Source: a virus
Lineage: Duplodnaviria > Caudoviricetes
Virus record (IMG/VR): IMGVR_UViG_3300044448_000819
Location: 1 to 25,450 of that record
Strand: one strand, 5' to 3'
Length of the DNA: 25,450 nt
Below are positions 1-7,358 of the stretch, in pieces. Under the pieces are notes generated by a model. That model ran no database searches, was not told where the DNA came from, and worked only from the letters and a program-made list of their open reading frames with translations. A program made the translations under genes and the position numbers. Every line of letters starts with the position of its first letter. Position 1 is the stretch's first letter.

Positions 1-228
1 AGAGAACCTAATCGTACAAATCTTTTGCAAAGTCTTTGGAATTTGGCTACTCCTGCTTCAATGTTTCCTGATAGTATGCGTTTTGAAGGTAATCCTATAG
101 GGCTGGAGCAGGCTTTGTATGAGATTAGGCAAATGAATGATTTGGGTACGTATTTGCAGCCGGGTCAAAGTTTGAATCTTCCTCAAGGTATGGGTTATAA
201 CATTTGGGGTAAACCTACTAGAGGATGA
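1..228 (+). CDS. 5'-truncated LysM-like domain protein
   Basis: Frame is open from base 1 (REPNRTNLLQSLWNLA...). SLWNLA...EIRQMN...LQPGQSLNLP resembles the LysM consensus. The stop overlaps the terminase start (ATGA). Confidence 0.5.
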   Translation, partial: REPNRTNLLQSLWNLATPASMFPDSMRFEGNPIGLEQALYEIRQMNDLGTYLQPGQSLNLPQGMGYNIWGKPTRG

Positions 229-1115
229 GTCGTGTCGCTGATTTACGGAGAGAGGCTGAATGGCGCAGATGCGTCAACGACGAAGAGCATTTTCTTTGCA
301 ATTATTGGCATATTGCTCACCCTGCTCACGGTAGGATACTGTTTGATCTCCGAGAGGCTCAAAGATATGCGCTTGGGCATTGGGATGCTAATAGATACTC
401 GCTGACTCTTAAAGCCCGCCAGATCGGATGGTCCACTTTGGTGGCGGCCCATCAGTTTTGGCTTGCTTTTTTTCATCCTGACCAGAATATTATTGATTTG
501 TCACGTACGGAACGTGAATCTGTGTTGTTGTTAAAGAAAACTAAGTATGGTTTTAAGCATTTACCTGAGTGGATGATTGACCGTGGTCCTAAATCGTTGA
601 TGGAACATCAACAACGTATGGCATTTGACAATGGATCACAAATCACATCTATGCCTTCAGCGTCAGATCCCGCCCGTGGCGAATCTGCCTCTTTAATAGT
701 GGTGGATGAGTGGGCTTTCTTACCTAATCCTGAAGAAGCGTGGGCTTCTATTGAGCCTGTAGCCGACGTTGGTGGACGTATTATTGGTTTATCTACCGCT
801 AATGGGTCAGGTAACTTTTATCATCAACTGTGGGTTGGGGCGCAGACAGGCACAAACAAGTTTGAGCCTATGTTTTTTCCGTGGTCTGCGACGGAGGACC
901 GTGCTGATGCGTGGTATCAGGAAAAAGTTGACTCTATGTTGCCTTGGCAACTTGCTCAAGAGTATCCGACTACACCAGAAGAGGCGTTTATTAAGTCTGG
1001 TAACCCTGTTTTTGATTTAGATGTGCTAGAAAGAATGGAATCGGCGTGCCGTGAGGGTGTTTCTGGCTGGTTGCATCATATTCCGGGCGGTCCTGTAGAG
1101 TTTAGAGTGTCATGA
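225..1115 (+). CDS. terL: Terminase large subunit, N-terminal ATPase half
   Basis: Walker A LKARQIGWST, Walker B LIVVDEWAF, motif C STANG, followed by the QEYP...FIKSGNPVFD linker typical of TerL. No nuclease domain in this ORF. Confidence 0.92.
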   Translation: MSRVADLRREAEWRRCVNDEEHFLCNYWHIAHPAHGRILFDLREAQRYALGHWDANRYSLTLKARQIGWSTLVAAHQFWLAFFHPDQNIIDLSRTERESVLLLKKTKYGFKHLPEWMIDRGPKSLMEHQQRMAFDNGSQITSMPSASDPARGESASLIVVDEWAFLPNPEEAWASIEPVADVGGRIIGLSTANGSGNFYHQLWVGAQTGTNKFEPMFFPWSATEDRADAWYQEKVDSMLPWQLAQEYPTTPEEAFIKSGNPVFDLDVLERMESACREGVSGWLHHIPGGPVEFRVS

Positions 1116-1121
1116 GTTTAA
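1111..1121 (+). repeat. 11-bp direct repeat CATGAGTTTAA, copy 1 (copy 2 at 1389-1399)
   Basis: Exact match read at both ends of the ferredoxin gene; each copy contains the ATGA stop/start overlap. Confidence 0.9.
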
Positions 1122-1393
1122 TAAAAGTGTGGATAGATCAAGATTTGTGCACTGGTGACGGATTGTGCGCTGAGATCGCACCTGATGTGTTCCAAATGCA
1201 CGATGATGGTTTGGCTTATGTTAAAGAAAAAGATTGGCCGACTATTTACGGTCCTGATGGTGCGCCTAAAGGCGACCCTGCGTTAAAAATGGCTGAAGGT
1301 ATGGCTGTTGTTGAAGAGGTTGACCTTGAAGCAACTATTGAATCTGCGGAAGAGTGCCCCGGCGAATGTATTTTTATTGAGGTTGAAGCATGA
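1112..1393 (+). CDS. fdx: Monocluster [3Fe-4S]/[4Fe-4S] ferredoxin, actinobacterial type
   Basis: KVWIDQDL-CTGDGLC (CxxDxxC), APDVF, distal ECPGECI; acidic 93-aa protein; ATGA-coupled on both sides. Confidence 0.92.
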   Translation: MSLIKVWIDQDLCTGDGLCAEIAPDVFQMHDDGLAYVKEKDWPTIYGPDGAPKGDPALKMAEGMAVVEEVDLEATIESAEECPGECIFIEVEA

Positions 1394-1399
1394 GTTTAA
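1389..1399 (+). repeat. 11-bp direct repeat CATGAGTTTAA, copy 2
   Basis: Exact match to 1111-1121. Confidence 0.9.
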
Positions 1400-2064
1400 C
1401 TGTTTGGAAAGAACCAGAAACTAATCATATTTATTGTATGGGTGTTGACACCGCTGAGGGTTTAGCGCACGGAGATTTTTCTTGTATACAAATTTTAGAC
1501 GTGCGTACAGGCGAACAAGTTGCGGTTTGGCACGGGCATATTCCACCTGATGAACTAGCGGAAGAAGTTAGCAACCTTGGCTTGTGGTACAACAAGGCTT
1601 TATGCTGTGTAGAGTCAAACAACCATGGTTTGACTACTATTGTTCAGTTGCGTCATCTGGGTTACCCTAACTTGTTTAGGAAACGTTCTTTAAATCAAGT
1701 TACTAATAATGTTTCCCAAGAATTTGGTTGGAAAACAACTCGTACGTCTAAACCTTTACTAATTGATGATCTGGGAATGGCGTTACGTAGTGATGAATTA
1801 ACGTTGTATGATCGTTTTACTGTCGCTGAGTTACGTTCTTACGTTCGTAACGAGCGTGGAACCATGGCTGGTTCCCCGCATGATGACCGTGTAATGGCTT
1901 TAGCGTTGTCTAATCAAATGAGACAATACGCGTTTATGCCTGAATATGCGCCGGTTGTAGACGATTACTGGACTGTGGATTGGTTTATGAGAATGGTCAT
2001 AAATGACGATTCTGATGAGCCTAATACCAGAATTGGGGCTTCTACTACAAGAGGTTCTGTATAA
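1390..2064 (+). CDS. terL: Terminase large subunit, C-terminal RNase H-fold nuclease half
   Basis: YCMGVDTAEG...GDFS, CVESNNHG, FGWKTT..SKP and HDDRVMALAL are the conserved acidic motifs of TerL nuclease domains. Confidence 0.92.
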   Translation: MSLTVWKEPETNHIYCMGVDTAEGLAHGDFSCIQILDVRTGEQVAVWHGHIPPDELAEEVSNLGLWYNKALCCVESNNHGLTTIVQLRHLGYPNLFRKRSLNQVTNNVSQEFGWKTTRTSKPLLIDDLGMALRSDELTLYDRFTVAELRSYVRNERGTMAGSPHDDRVMALALSNQMRQYAFMPEYAPVVDDYWTVDWFMRMVINDDSDEPNTRIGASTTRGSV

Positions 2065-2067
2065 AGT

Positions 2068-2091
2068 GGGACACAACGTCCTTTCTATATG
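2068..2091 (+). promoter_or_regulatory. Putative late promoter motif GGGACA-N14-TATG, copy 1
   Basis: GGGACA caacgtcctttcta TATG in the gap after terL-C, upstream of the AAGGAGG RBS; contains GGAC-N5-GTCC dyad. Confidence 0.6.
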
Positions 2092-2116
2092 ACGATATTC
2101 TTAAGGAGGATATTCA

Positions 2117-2383
2117 ATGGCAACAAAATTTGTTTCCCATACTAGCGGTACTCGTACTGTTGATGGGACCGGCCAAAGTTCACGTTTAGAGCGCGGTCAA
2201 TCTGTATGCTCTAATCCGGCTAAAGAGGGAAGTTCTACTAACACGCAGAAATCATCTCCTCGTGCAGCAGGAAGTGGCGATTACCATGCTGGTGTTTCAA
2301 CACGTCAAACTCCGTTTAACCAACATGGAACTACAGGTGACGTAGAACCTGCCGGTCAGCAACCAAAGCATAGCCGCGCATAG
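2117..2383 (+). CDS. Hypothetical protein, Ser/Thr/Gly-rich, probably disordered
   Basis: Strong AAGGAGGA RBS and ATG start; fills the operon gap; no motif recognised. Confidence 0.7.
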   Translation: MATKFVSHTSGTRTVDGTGQSSRLERGQSVCSNPAKEGSSTNTQKSSPRAAGSGDYHAGVSTRQTPFNQHGTTGDVEPAGQQPKHSRA

Positions 2384-2385
2384 CA

Positions 2386-2655
2386 ATGGCGGTTTTACCA
2401 CCGTCTGCTACTTTTAAAGAGTTCAGCGCTTATTGCGCTGAAGTTAACGGACCTCAGACGGATGAAGAAATTGCTGAACTGTGGGAATGGCGACAAAAAC
2501 TTTTAGGTTTCCAAGTTATAACTGGTGCCGGGTTTAGGTCTATGCTTCCTGCGGATGAGCAGGATATGACAATTAAAGAAAGAAGCGACAAGGCTTATGC
2601 TGAGGCTACAGCCGGAGGTCGCAACATTGAACCTGTTGGAGCGCGGTGGGTGTAA
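2386..2655 (+). CDS. Hypothetical protein
   Basis: Starts 2 nt after the previous stop; TAATG-coupled to the portal gene. Confidence 0.7.
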   Translation: MAVLPPSATFKEFSAYCAEVNGPQTDEEIAELWEWRQKLLGFQVITGAGFRSMLPADEQDMTIKERSDKAYAEATAGGRNIEPVGARWV

Positions 2656-4544
2656 TGGCACGTAAAACCCGTAAAGAAAAACACGAAATAATAACTGAAA
2701 GAATTATTGCGTCTACTCGTTGGCGTGAAGAAATGGGTTATGACCAACTTTGGCAACGAATGATTGATCTTTACCGAGGAAAACATTGGCCACAAACAAC
2801 TGTTAATAACGAAGATTTAATAGCAGTAAACATTGCGTTTTCTACTATTAATGTTATTGCTCCTTCAGTTTCAGTAAATTATCCTAAAATTGTTGTAACT
2901 CCTAATAAACCAGAGGACGAAGACCGTTCTGCTTTTGTTGAAGCAGTAGTCAACTATCTTTGGAAACATCATGACTTTCGTACGCCGTTTAAACGTGCAG
3001 TAAAAGATTTCCTTATTTTTGGACATGGCTGGATTAAAGTTGGTTGGAAATTTGTTGAGCAAGAACGTGCATTAAGCGACGCTGAACGAGAAATGTATTT
3101 AGAAGAATCCATTACTGAAGCAGATCTTTTCGCTATGCAAAATCCTGACATGGCTGGAGATTTACCAACTAACGAAGATCTTTTAGCAAACCTCCCTTCT
3201 ACAGAAATGACTATTGTAGAAGATCAGCCTTTCGTAGAACGTGTTTCTCCTTTTGATATTTTGGTTGACCCAGAAGCAACTTGCATGGAAGATGCTAAAT
3301 GGATCGCTCAAAGAATTATCCGACCTTTAGAAGAAGCGCAAGCAGATAAACGATACAAACCTTCTGTAAGAAAACAATTATCTGCGGATGCGTCAATGGT
3401 TGATTCTTTACAAAACCCTGTCCGAGATGAACGCTACGTTTCCGACAAAGAACGTGTAATCATTTGGGAATACTACGACATGATGGAAAACACTATGTCT
3501 GTTTTGGCTGATTCAGGCGATGAATTTCTTTTAGACCCAACTCCTATGCCTTACGCTTACGGCCAACCTTTTGTAATGATACGAAATTACGATGTTCCTG
3601 ATTTTTTCTACCCAATGGGTGATTTAGAAGCAATAGAATCTTTGCAAGAAGAATTAGATAAAACACGAAGCCAACTTGTAAATGCTAGAAAACGTTATGG
3701 ACGTAAATATTTATATCACGAACGTTCGTTTGGTCCTGAAGGACGTGAGGCTTTAGAATCTGAACAAGATGGACGGTTTGTTCCTGTTGTAGACGAGAAC
3801 AAACCATTATCTGAAATTGTTATGCCTTTGCCGCAAGTGCCTTTATCTCCAGAAGTTTATAACACTTCTTCAATTATTGAAAATGACATTAATGTTGTTT
3901 CTGGTGTTTCAGAGTATGCTCGCGGGCAGATGCCTGAGATACGTCGTACTGCTACTGAGGCTTCAATTATTGCTGATGCTGGTAACGCTAGAGCAGCAGA
4001 CAAACTAGCGATTGTAGAACTTAGTATCGGGATGATAGCCCGTCGTGTGATCCAAGTTATGCAACAGTTTATGACTGGTGAAATGATGGCTCATGTCGCC
4101 GCTAATGGCGGAGAAAATCTTTTTATTCCGTTCTCAAGAGAAGATATTGTTGGGGAATATGATTTCAGTGTAGAGGCTGGGTCTACACAGCCAATGAATG
4201 ACACAATTAGAAAACAACAGGCTGTTTCTTTATTAAATGCTATGGCTCCTTTAATTGGAACTGTTATTGATCCTACGGCTTTAGCAAAACATGTTCTTCA
4301 GCAAGGGTTCGGTATTAAGAATCCTGATAAATTTATTATGCAACAACCTCCTATGCCTATGGGACCGGAACAAGCCGATCCTGAAGGTGGACCGGATGTT
4401 GCAATGGGTATGCCTTCGGACATGGGAGCAATGATGCCGCCTACGGCCCCTGAAGCCGGTGCTTTTGCACCGACTGGTGGTATACCCCCTGAGTTGTTAG
4501 CACAAATGCAAGGCCAAATGGGTTTGGATTTGTTTAACTTATAA
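2655..4544 (+). CDS. Portal protein (podovirus P22/T7-like)
   Basis: About 630 aa between terminase and scaffold; FVERVSPFDILVDP and SGVSEYARG motifs typical of these portals; Pro/Met/Gly-rich tail. Start moved to the ATG at 2655 (TAATG overlap). Confidence 0.85.
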   Translation: MARKTRKEKHEIITERIIASTRWREEMGYDQLWQRMIDLYRGKHWPQTTVNNEDLIAVNIAFSTINVIAPSVSVNYPKIVVTPNKPEDEDRSAFVEAVVNYLWKHHDFRTPFKRAVKDFLIFGHGWIKVGWKFVEQERALSDAEREMYLEESITEADLFAMQNPDMAGDLPTNEDLLANLPSTEMTIVEDQPFVERVSPFDILVDPEATCMEDAKWIAQRIIRPLEEAQADKRYKPSVRKQLSADASMVDSLQNPVRDERYVSDKERVIIWEYYDMMENTMSVLADSGDEFLLDPTPMPYAYGQPFVMIRNYDVPDFFYPMGDLEAIESLQEELDKTRSQLVNARKRYGRKYLYHERSFGPEGREALESEQDGRFVPVVDENKPLSEIVMPLPQVPLSPEVYNTSSIIENDINVVSGVSEYARGQMPEIRRTATEASIIADAGNARAADKLAIVELSIGMIARRVIQVMQQFMTGEMMAHVAANGGENLFIPFSREDIVGEYDFSVEAGSTQPMNDTIRKQQAVSLLNAMAPLIGTVIDPTALAKHVLQQGFGIKNPDKFIMQQPPMPMGPEQADPEGGPDVAMGMPSDMGAMMPPTAPEAGAFAPTGGIPPELLAQMQGQMGLDLFNL

Positions 4545-4545
4545 T

Positions 4546-4569
4546 GGGACAGTTTGTCCTGTTCTTATA
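4546..4569 (+). promoter_or_regulatory. Putative late promoter motif GGGACA-N14-TATA, copy 2
   Basis: GGGACA gtttgtcctgttct TATA directly after the portal stop, ahead of scaffold and capsid; contains GGAC-N5-GTCC dyad. Confidence 0.65.
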
Positions 4570-4604
4570 GAGCAACCTTATGGACTCTAAAGTGAGGTAA
4601 AAAA

Positions 4605-5363
4605 ATGGATGACGAGTTGATGGAACCCACAGAAGTGGATAATTCTGAAGCGTCAATAGAAGTTATAGAGGAACCTGTTGAAGGAGCCTACACCGTAAAG
4701 GTAGATGGTGAAGAACAGCAGGTCAGTCTTGAGGAACTTCAAGACGGCTACCAACGACAAGCGGATTACACCCGTAAGACGCAGGAGTTGGCAGACGAAC
4801 GCAAACGATTGCAGCAAGCAGAGGCGATAGTTTCTTCGTTGGAAAATAATCCAGCAGAAACTTTAAACGCTTTAGGTGAGGCATTTGGTTTGGTAGCACA
4901 ACCTCCGGCTCCTAAAAGAAATACTGAACGTTATGAAAATGATTGGTATAGCGACGAGGAACCGCAAATAAATGAATTTGAGGATGCTACTGCCCAAAGG
5001 TTGGCTGAACTTGAAGGTCGCTTGGCTATGCAAGATCGTGTAGCGCGTAGACAACAAGTAGAAAAACAAGTAGAAGATCTTAAAGGTCAATATGGAGAGT
5101 TTGACTCTACGGAACTTTTTCAACATGCGTTGCGTCACAAAATAGGAAACCTTGAAGCAGCATTAACTCATATGCGGTTTGGTGAAGTTTCTGAAAAAGC
5201 GACAAAGTTGGAAAAAGAGCAAGAGCGTACTGGGGCTAAACGGGATGCTGCGGTTGTTGAATCTGGTGGTTCAACTGCTGCACAGGCTGTTAAAACCCAG
5301 ACTCAAACTCCTCCACAAACGATCCGAGAGGCTTTTGCTCAGGCTAAGAAAAACTTAACCTGA
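4605..5363 (+). CDS. Capsid scaffolding protein
   Basis: Acidic N-terminus, YTVKVDGEEQQVSLEELQDGYQRQADYTRKTQELA motif, coiled coils, position just before the capsid gene. Confidence 0.82.
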   Translation: MDDELMEPTEVDNSEASIEVIEEPVEGAYTVKVDGEEQQVSLEELQDGYQRQADYTRKTQELADERKRLQQAEAIVSSLENNPAETLNALGEAFGLVAQPPAPKRNTERYENDWYSDEEPQINEFEDATAQRLAELEGRLAMQDRVARRQQVEKQVEDLKGQYGEFDSTELFQHALRHKIGNLEAALTHMRFGEVSEKATKLEKEQERTGAKRDAAVVESGGSTAAQAVKTQTQTPPQTIREAFAQAKKNLT

Positions 5364-5393
5364 TAATTTCACTGTAGGAGGTGGACAACAAAA

Positions 5394-6335
5394 ATGGCTG
5401 GTAACAGTAATTTTGATGAAATACTTACCACTACCCTGAATAACTACGTACCGAAGTTAGTTGATAACGTCTTTTCGGCTCGGCCTCTATTTTATGCCAT
5501 GACCAAAGGCGACAACATTCGTCGTGTATCAGGTGGTGCTAAGATTGTAGTCCCCATTATTTACGGTTCAAACTCTACTGCTGCTTCATATTCTGGTGCA
5601 GATACTTTGACGGTTACCGCTCAAACAGGTATCTCAGCCGCTGAATACGACTGGAAACAGTACGCAGCAACAGTAACTATTACTGGTATAGAGGAAGCCA
5701 AAAACAATGGTGAGGCTCAAATAATTGACTTGCTTGAAGGAAAAATATTCCAAGCACAGGAAACAATCATTGACAACATGAACACCATGTTGTGGGGTGA
5801 TGGTTCTGGCAACTCAAGCAAGGACTGGGAAGGTATCCAAAGTTTAGTTTCTGGAAGCACCGTAGGTGGTATTAACCCATCTGGTTCTGGTAACTCTTTC
5901 TGGGCACCAACTCAAACAAACCTTGGTGGAGCGTTGTCTCTTTCAGGAATGGGAACTATTTATAACACCGTTTCTGTAGGTAACGATCAACCTACCATCA
6001 TATTCGCAAGACAACAGGGCTATGAAGCCTACGAAGCATTGCTTTCAAGTCAAATTCGGTACACCGACACTGACTTGGCTGACGGTGGATTCCAGAATCT
6101 TATGTTCAAGGGTGCGCCCGTAACATTTGATTCAAATTGCGAAGCAAATGCAATGTACTTCCTTAACACGAAATACATTCAACTTGTAGCCCACAGCGAC
6201 GTTTGGTTCAAACCAACCCCGTTTGTGCGCCCAACTAACCAAGATTCTGTGTTCTCACAAATTCTTTGTTACGGAAACATGACCATTAGCAACCGTGCAC
6301 GTCAAGGACGTTTACACGGAATTACTAACGGTTAA
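5394..6335 (+). CDS. Major capsid protein
   Basis: 313 aa after the scaffold; strong AGGAGGT RBS; HK97-fold-like pattern (GFQNLMFKG, MYFLNTKY); followed by a strong hairpin. Confidence 0.85.
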   Translation: MAGNSNFDEILTTTLNNYVPKLVDNVFSARPLFYAMTKGDNIRRVSGGAKIVVPIIYGSNSTAASYSGADTLTVTAQTGISAAEYDWKQYAATVTITGIEEAKNNGEAQIIDLLEGKIFQAQETIIDNMNTMLWGDGSGNSSKDWEGIQSLVSGSTVGGINPSGSGNSFWAPTQTNLGGALSLSGMGTIYNTVSVGNDQPTIIFARQQGYEAYEALLSSQIRYTDTDLADGGFQNLMFKGAPVTFDSNCEANAMYFLNTKYIQLVAHSDVWFKPTPFVRPTNQDSVFSQILCYGNMTISNRARQGRLHGITNG

Positions 6336-6341
6336 TTCTAT

Positions 6342-6377
6342 TGTTAGGTGGGGGCTGCTTGCGGCCCCCACCCGACA
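6342..6377 (+). terminator. GC-rich hairpin after the capsid gene (terminator, attenuator or mRNA stabiliser)
   Basis: GGTGGGGGCTG-CTTG-CGGCCCCCACC: 11-bp stem with CUUG loop, extendable by 4 bp past one mismatch; no U-tract. Confidence 0.6.
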
Positions 6378-6390
6378 TGAAAGAAAAAAT

Positions 6391-6639
6391 ATGAGAGTTA
6401 GAGCAATCGCTTACAAACAAGATATGCGGCCTTACGGCCAACCAGCAGAAAATTTTAGAGATGCTAGTCCACGACCTCAGGCTGTAGGGCCAAACAGAAA
6501 TGTTCATCGTGTAGCAGATACCAGTGTTCAAGGACCAGTGTATGATTCTAATATTTGTTCTTCAGTTAAAAAAAATGGAGAACCATGCAAGGGGCATAAG
6601 GCGGGAGATAGCGAGTTTTGTTCTTTTCATAGAGGATAG
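6391..6639 (+). CDS. Small protein with C-terminal CCCH zinc-finger-like motif
   Basis: C-SSVKKNGEP-C-KGHKAGDSEF-C-SF-H. Start placed at the ATG after the hairpin rather than GTG 6295. Confidence 0.65.
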   Translation: MRVRAIAYKQDMRPYGQPAENFRDASPRPQAVGPNRNVHRVADTSVQGPVYDSNICSSVKKNGEPCKGHKAGDSEFCSFHRG

Positions 6640-6647
6640 AGGATTTA

Positions 6648-7355
6648 ATGCAATTATCAGAAATGCGTGAATACGCCAGAAACGTTGTTGATATAGATAC
6701 AACAGATATTTCTGACGCTACATTAAATCATTTTATCTCTGAAGGATATAATCTTATTATCCATTCTGAGAAACGTTGGCCGTTTCTTGAAACCTCAACT
6801 ACTTTTACTGCTACTTCTGATACTAAAGACTACACCCTTACGACAGTTGGTGCTTCAGTTACAAATGGGTTGCGTGAAATAAACAGTTTAAGAACAGACG
6901 ATCATGTTCTTGAATTAATCGGATCAGATGATGCGGATATTATGTATCCGTTAGATACGAATACTACTGGTGAACCTTGGTATTGGTCTTACTGGGGTGA
7001 CACTGTAAGGTTGTATCCTACTCCTGATTCTTCTTACACTATTTATGTTCGTGGGTATAAAAACGCTGCTCCTTTTGGCAGCAGTTCAGGCGTCGCAGAT
7101 GATACTGAGCCTGATCTTCCAGATCCTTTTGATAATGTTTTAAGCCTTTATGTTATTTACCGTTGTTACCAGCAGCAAGAAGATGGCGGTATGGCTCAAC
7201 AATATTATGTTCAGTTTTTAGGAGAGTTATCTAACCTTGCTGCTCGTTTTAATGATACTCCTGCCCCGCAGCCTATGATTTTAAATAGTCGTGCGGTTAG
7301 CAAGTGGGCTAGTCAATCTTATTTGCCGCCTCGTTTACGTTACTCTTGGGAGTAG
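6648..7355 (+). CDS. Head-tail adaptor / tail tubular protein A-like
   Basis: Size, position, helical N-terminus (LNHFISEG...WPFL) and VRLYPTPD motif typical of podovirus adaptors. Confidence 0.7.
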   Translation: MQLSEMREYARNVVDIDTTDISDATLNHFISEGYNLIIHSEKRWPFLETSTTFTATSDTKDYTLTTVGASVTNGLREINSLRTDDHVLELIGSDDADIMYPLDTNTTGEPWYWSYWGDTVRLYPTPDSSYTIYVRGYKNAAPFGSSSGVADDTEPDLPDPFDNVLSLYVIYRCYQQQEDGGMAQQYYVQFLGELSNLAARFNDTPAPQPMILNSRAVSKWASQSYLPPRLRYSWE

Positions 7356-7358
7356 CCG

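Noticed and set aside
1110-1392. Intron, intein or ribosomal bypass rejoining the TerL halves
   Set aside because: The insert is wholly occupied by a ferredoxin ORF, with no room for a ribozyme core and no intein motifs. The nuclease frame has a TGA at 1384-1386, no matching TCA landing codon precedes the ATG, and repeat-to-repeat excision does not restore frame.
6295-6390. Capsid C-terminal extension by frameshift into the 6295-6639 frame
   Set aside because: It would require a +1 shift, and I see no slippery site near the capsid stop; ATG 6391 is a simpler start.
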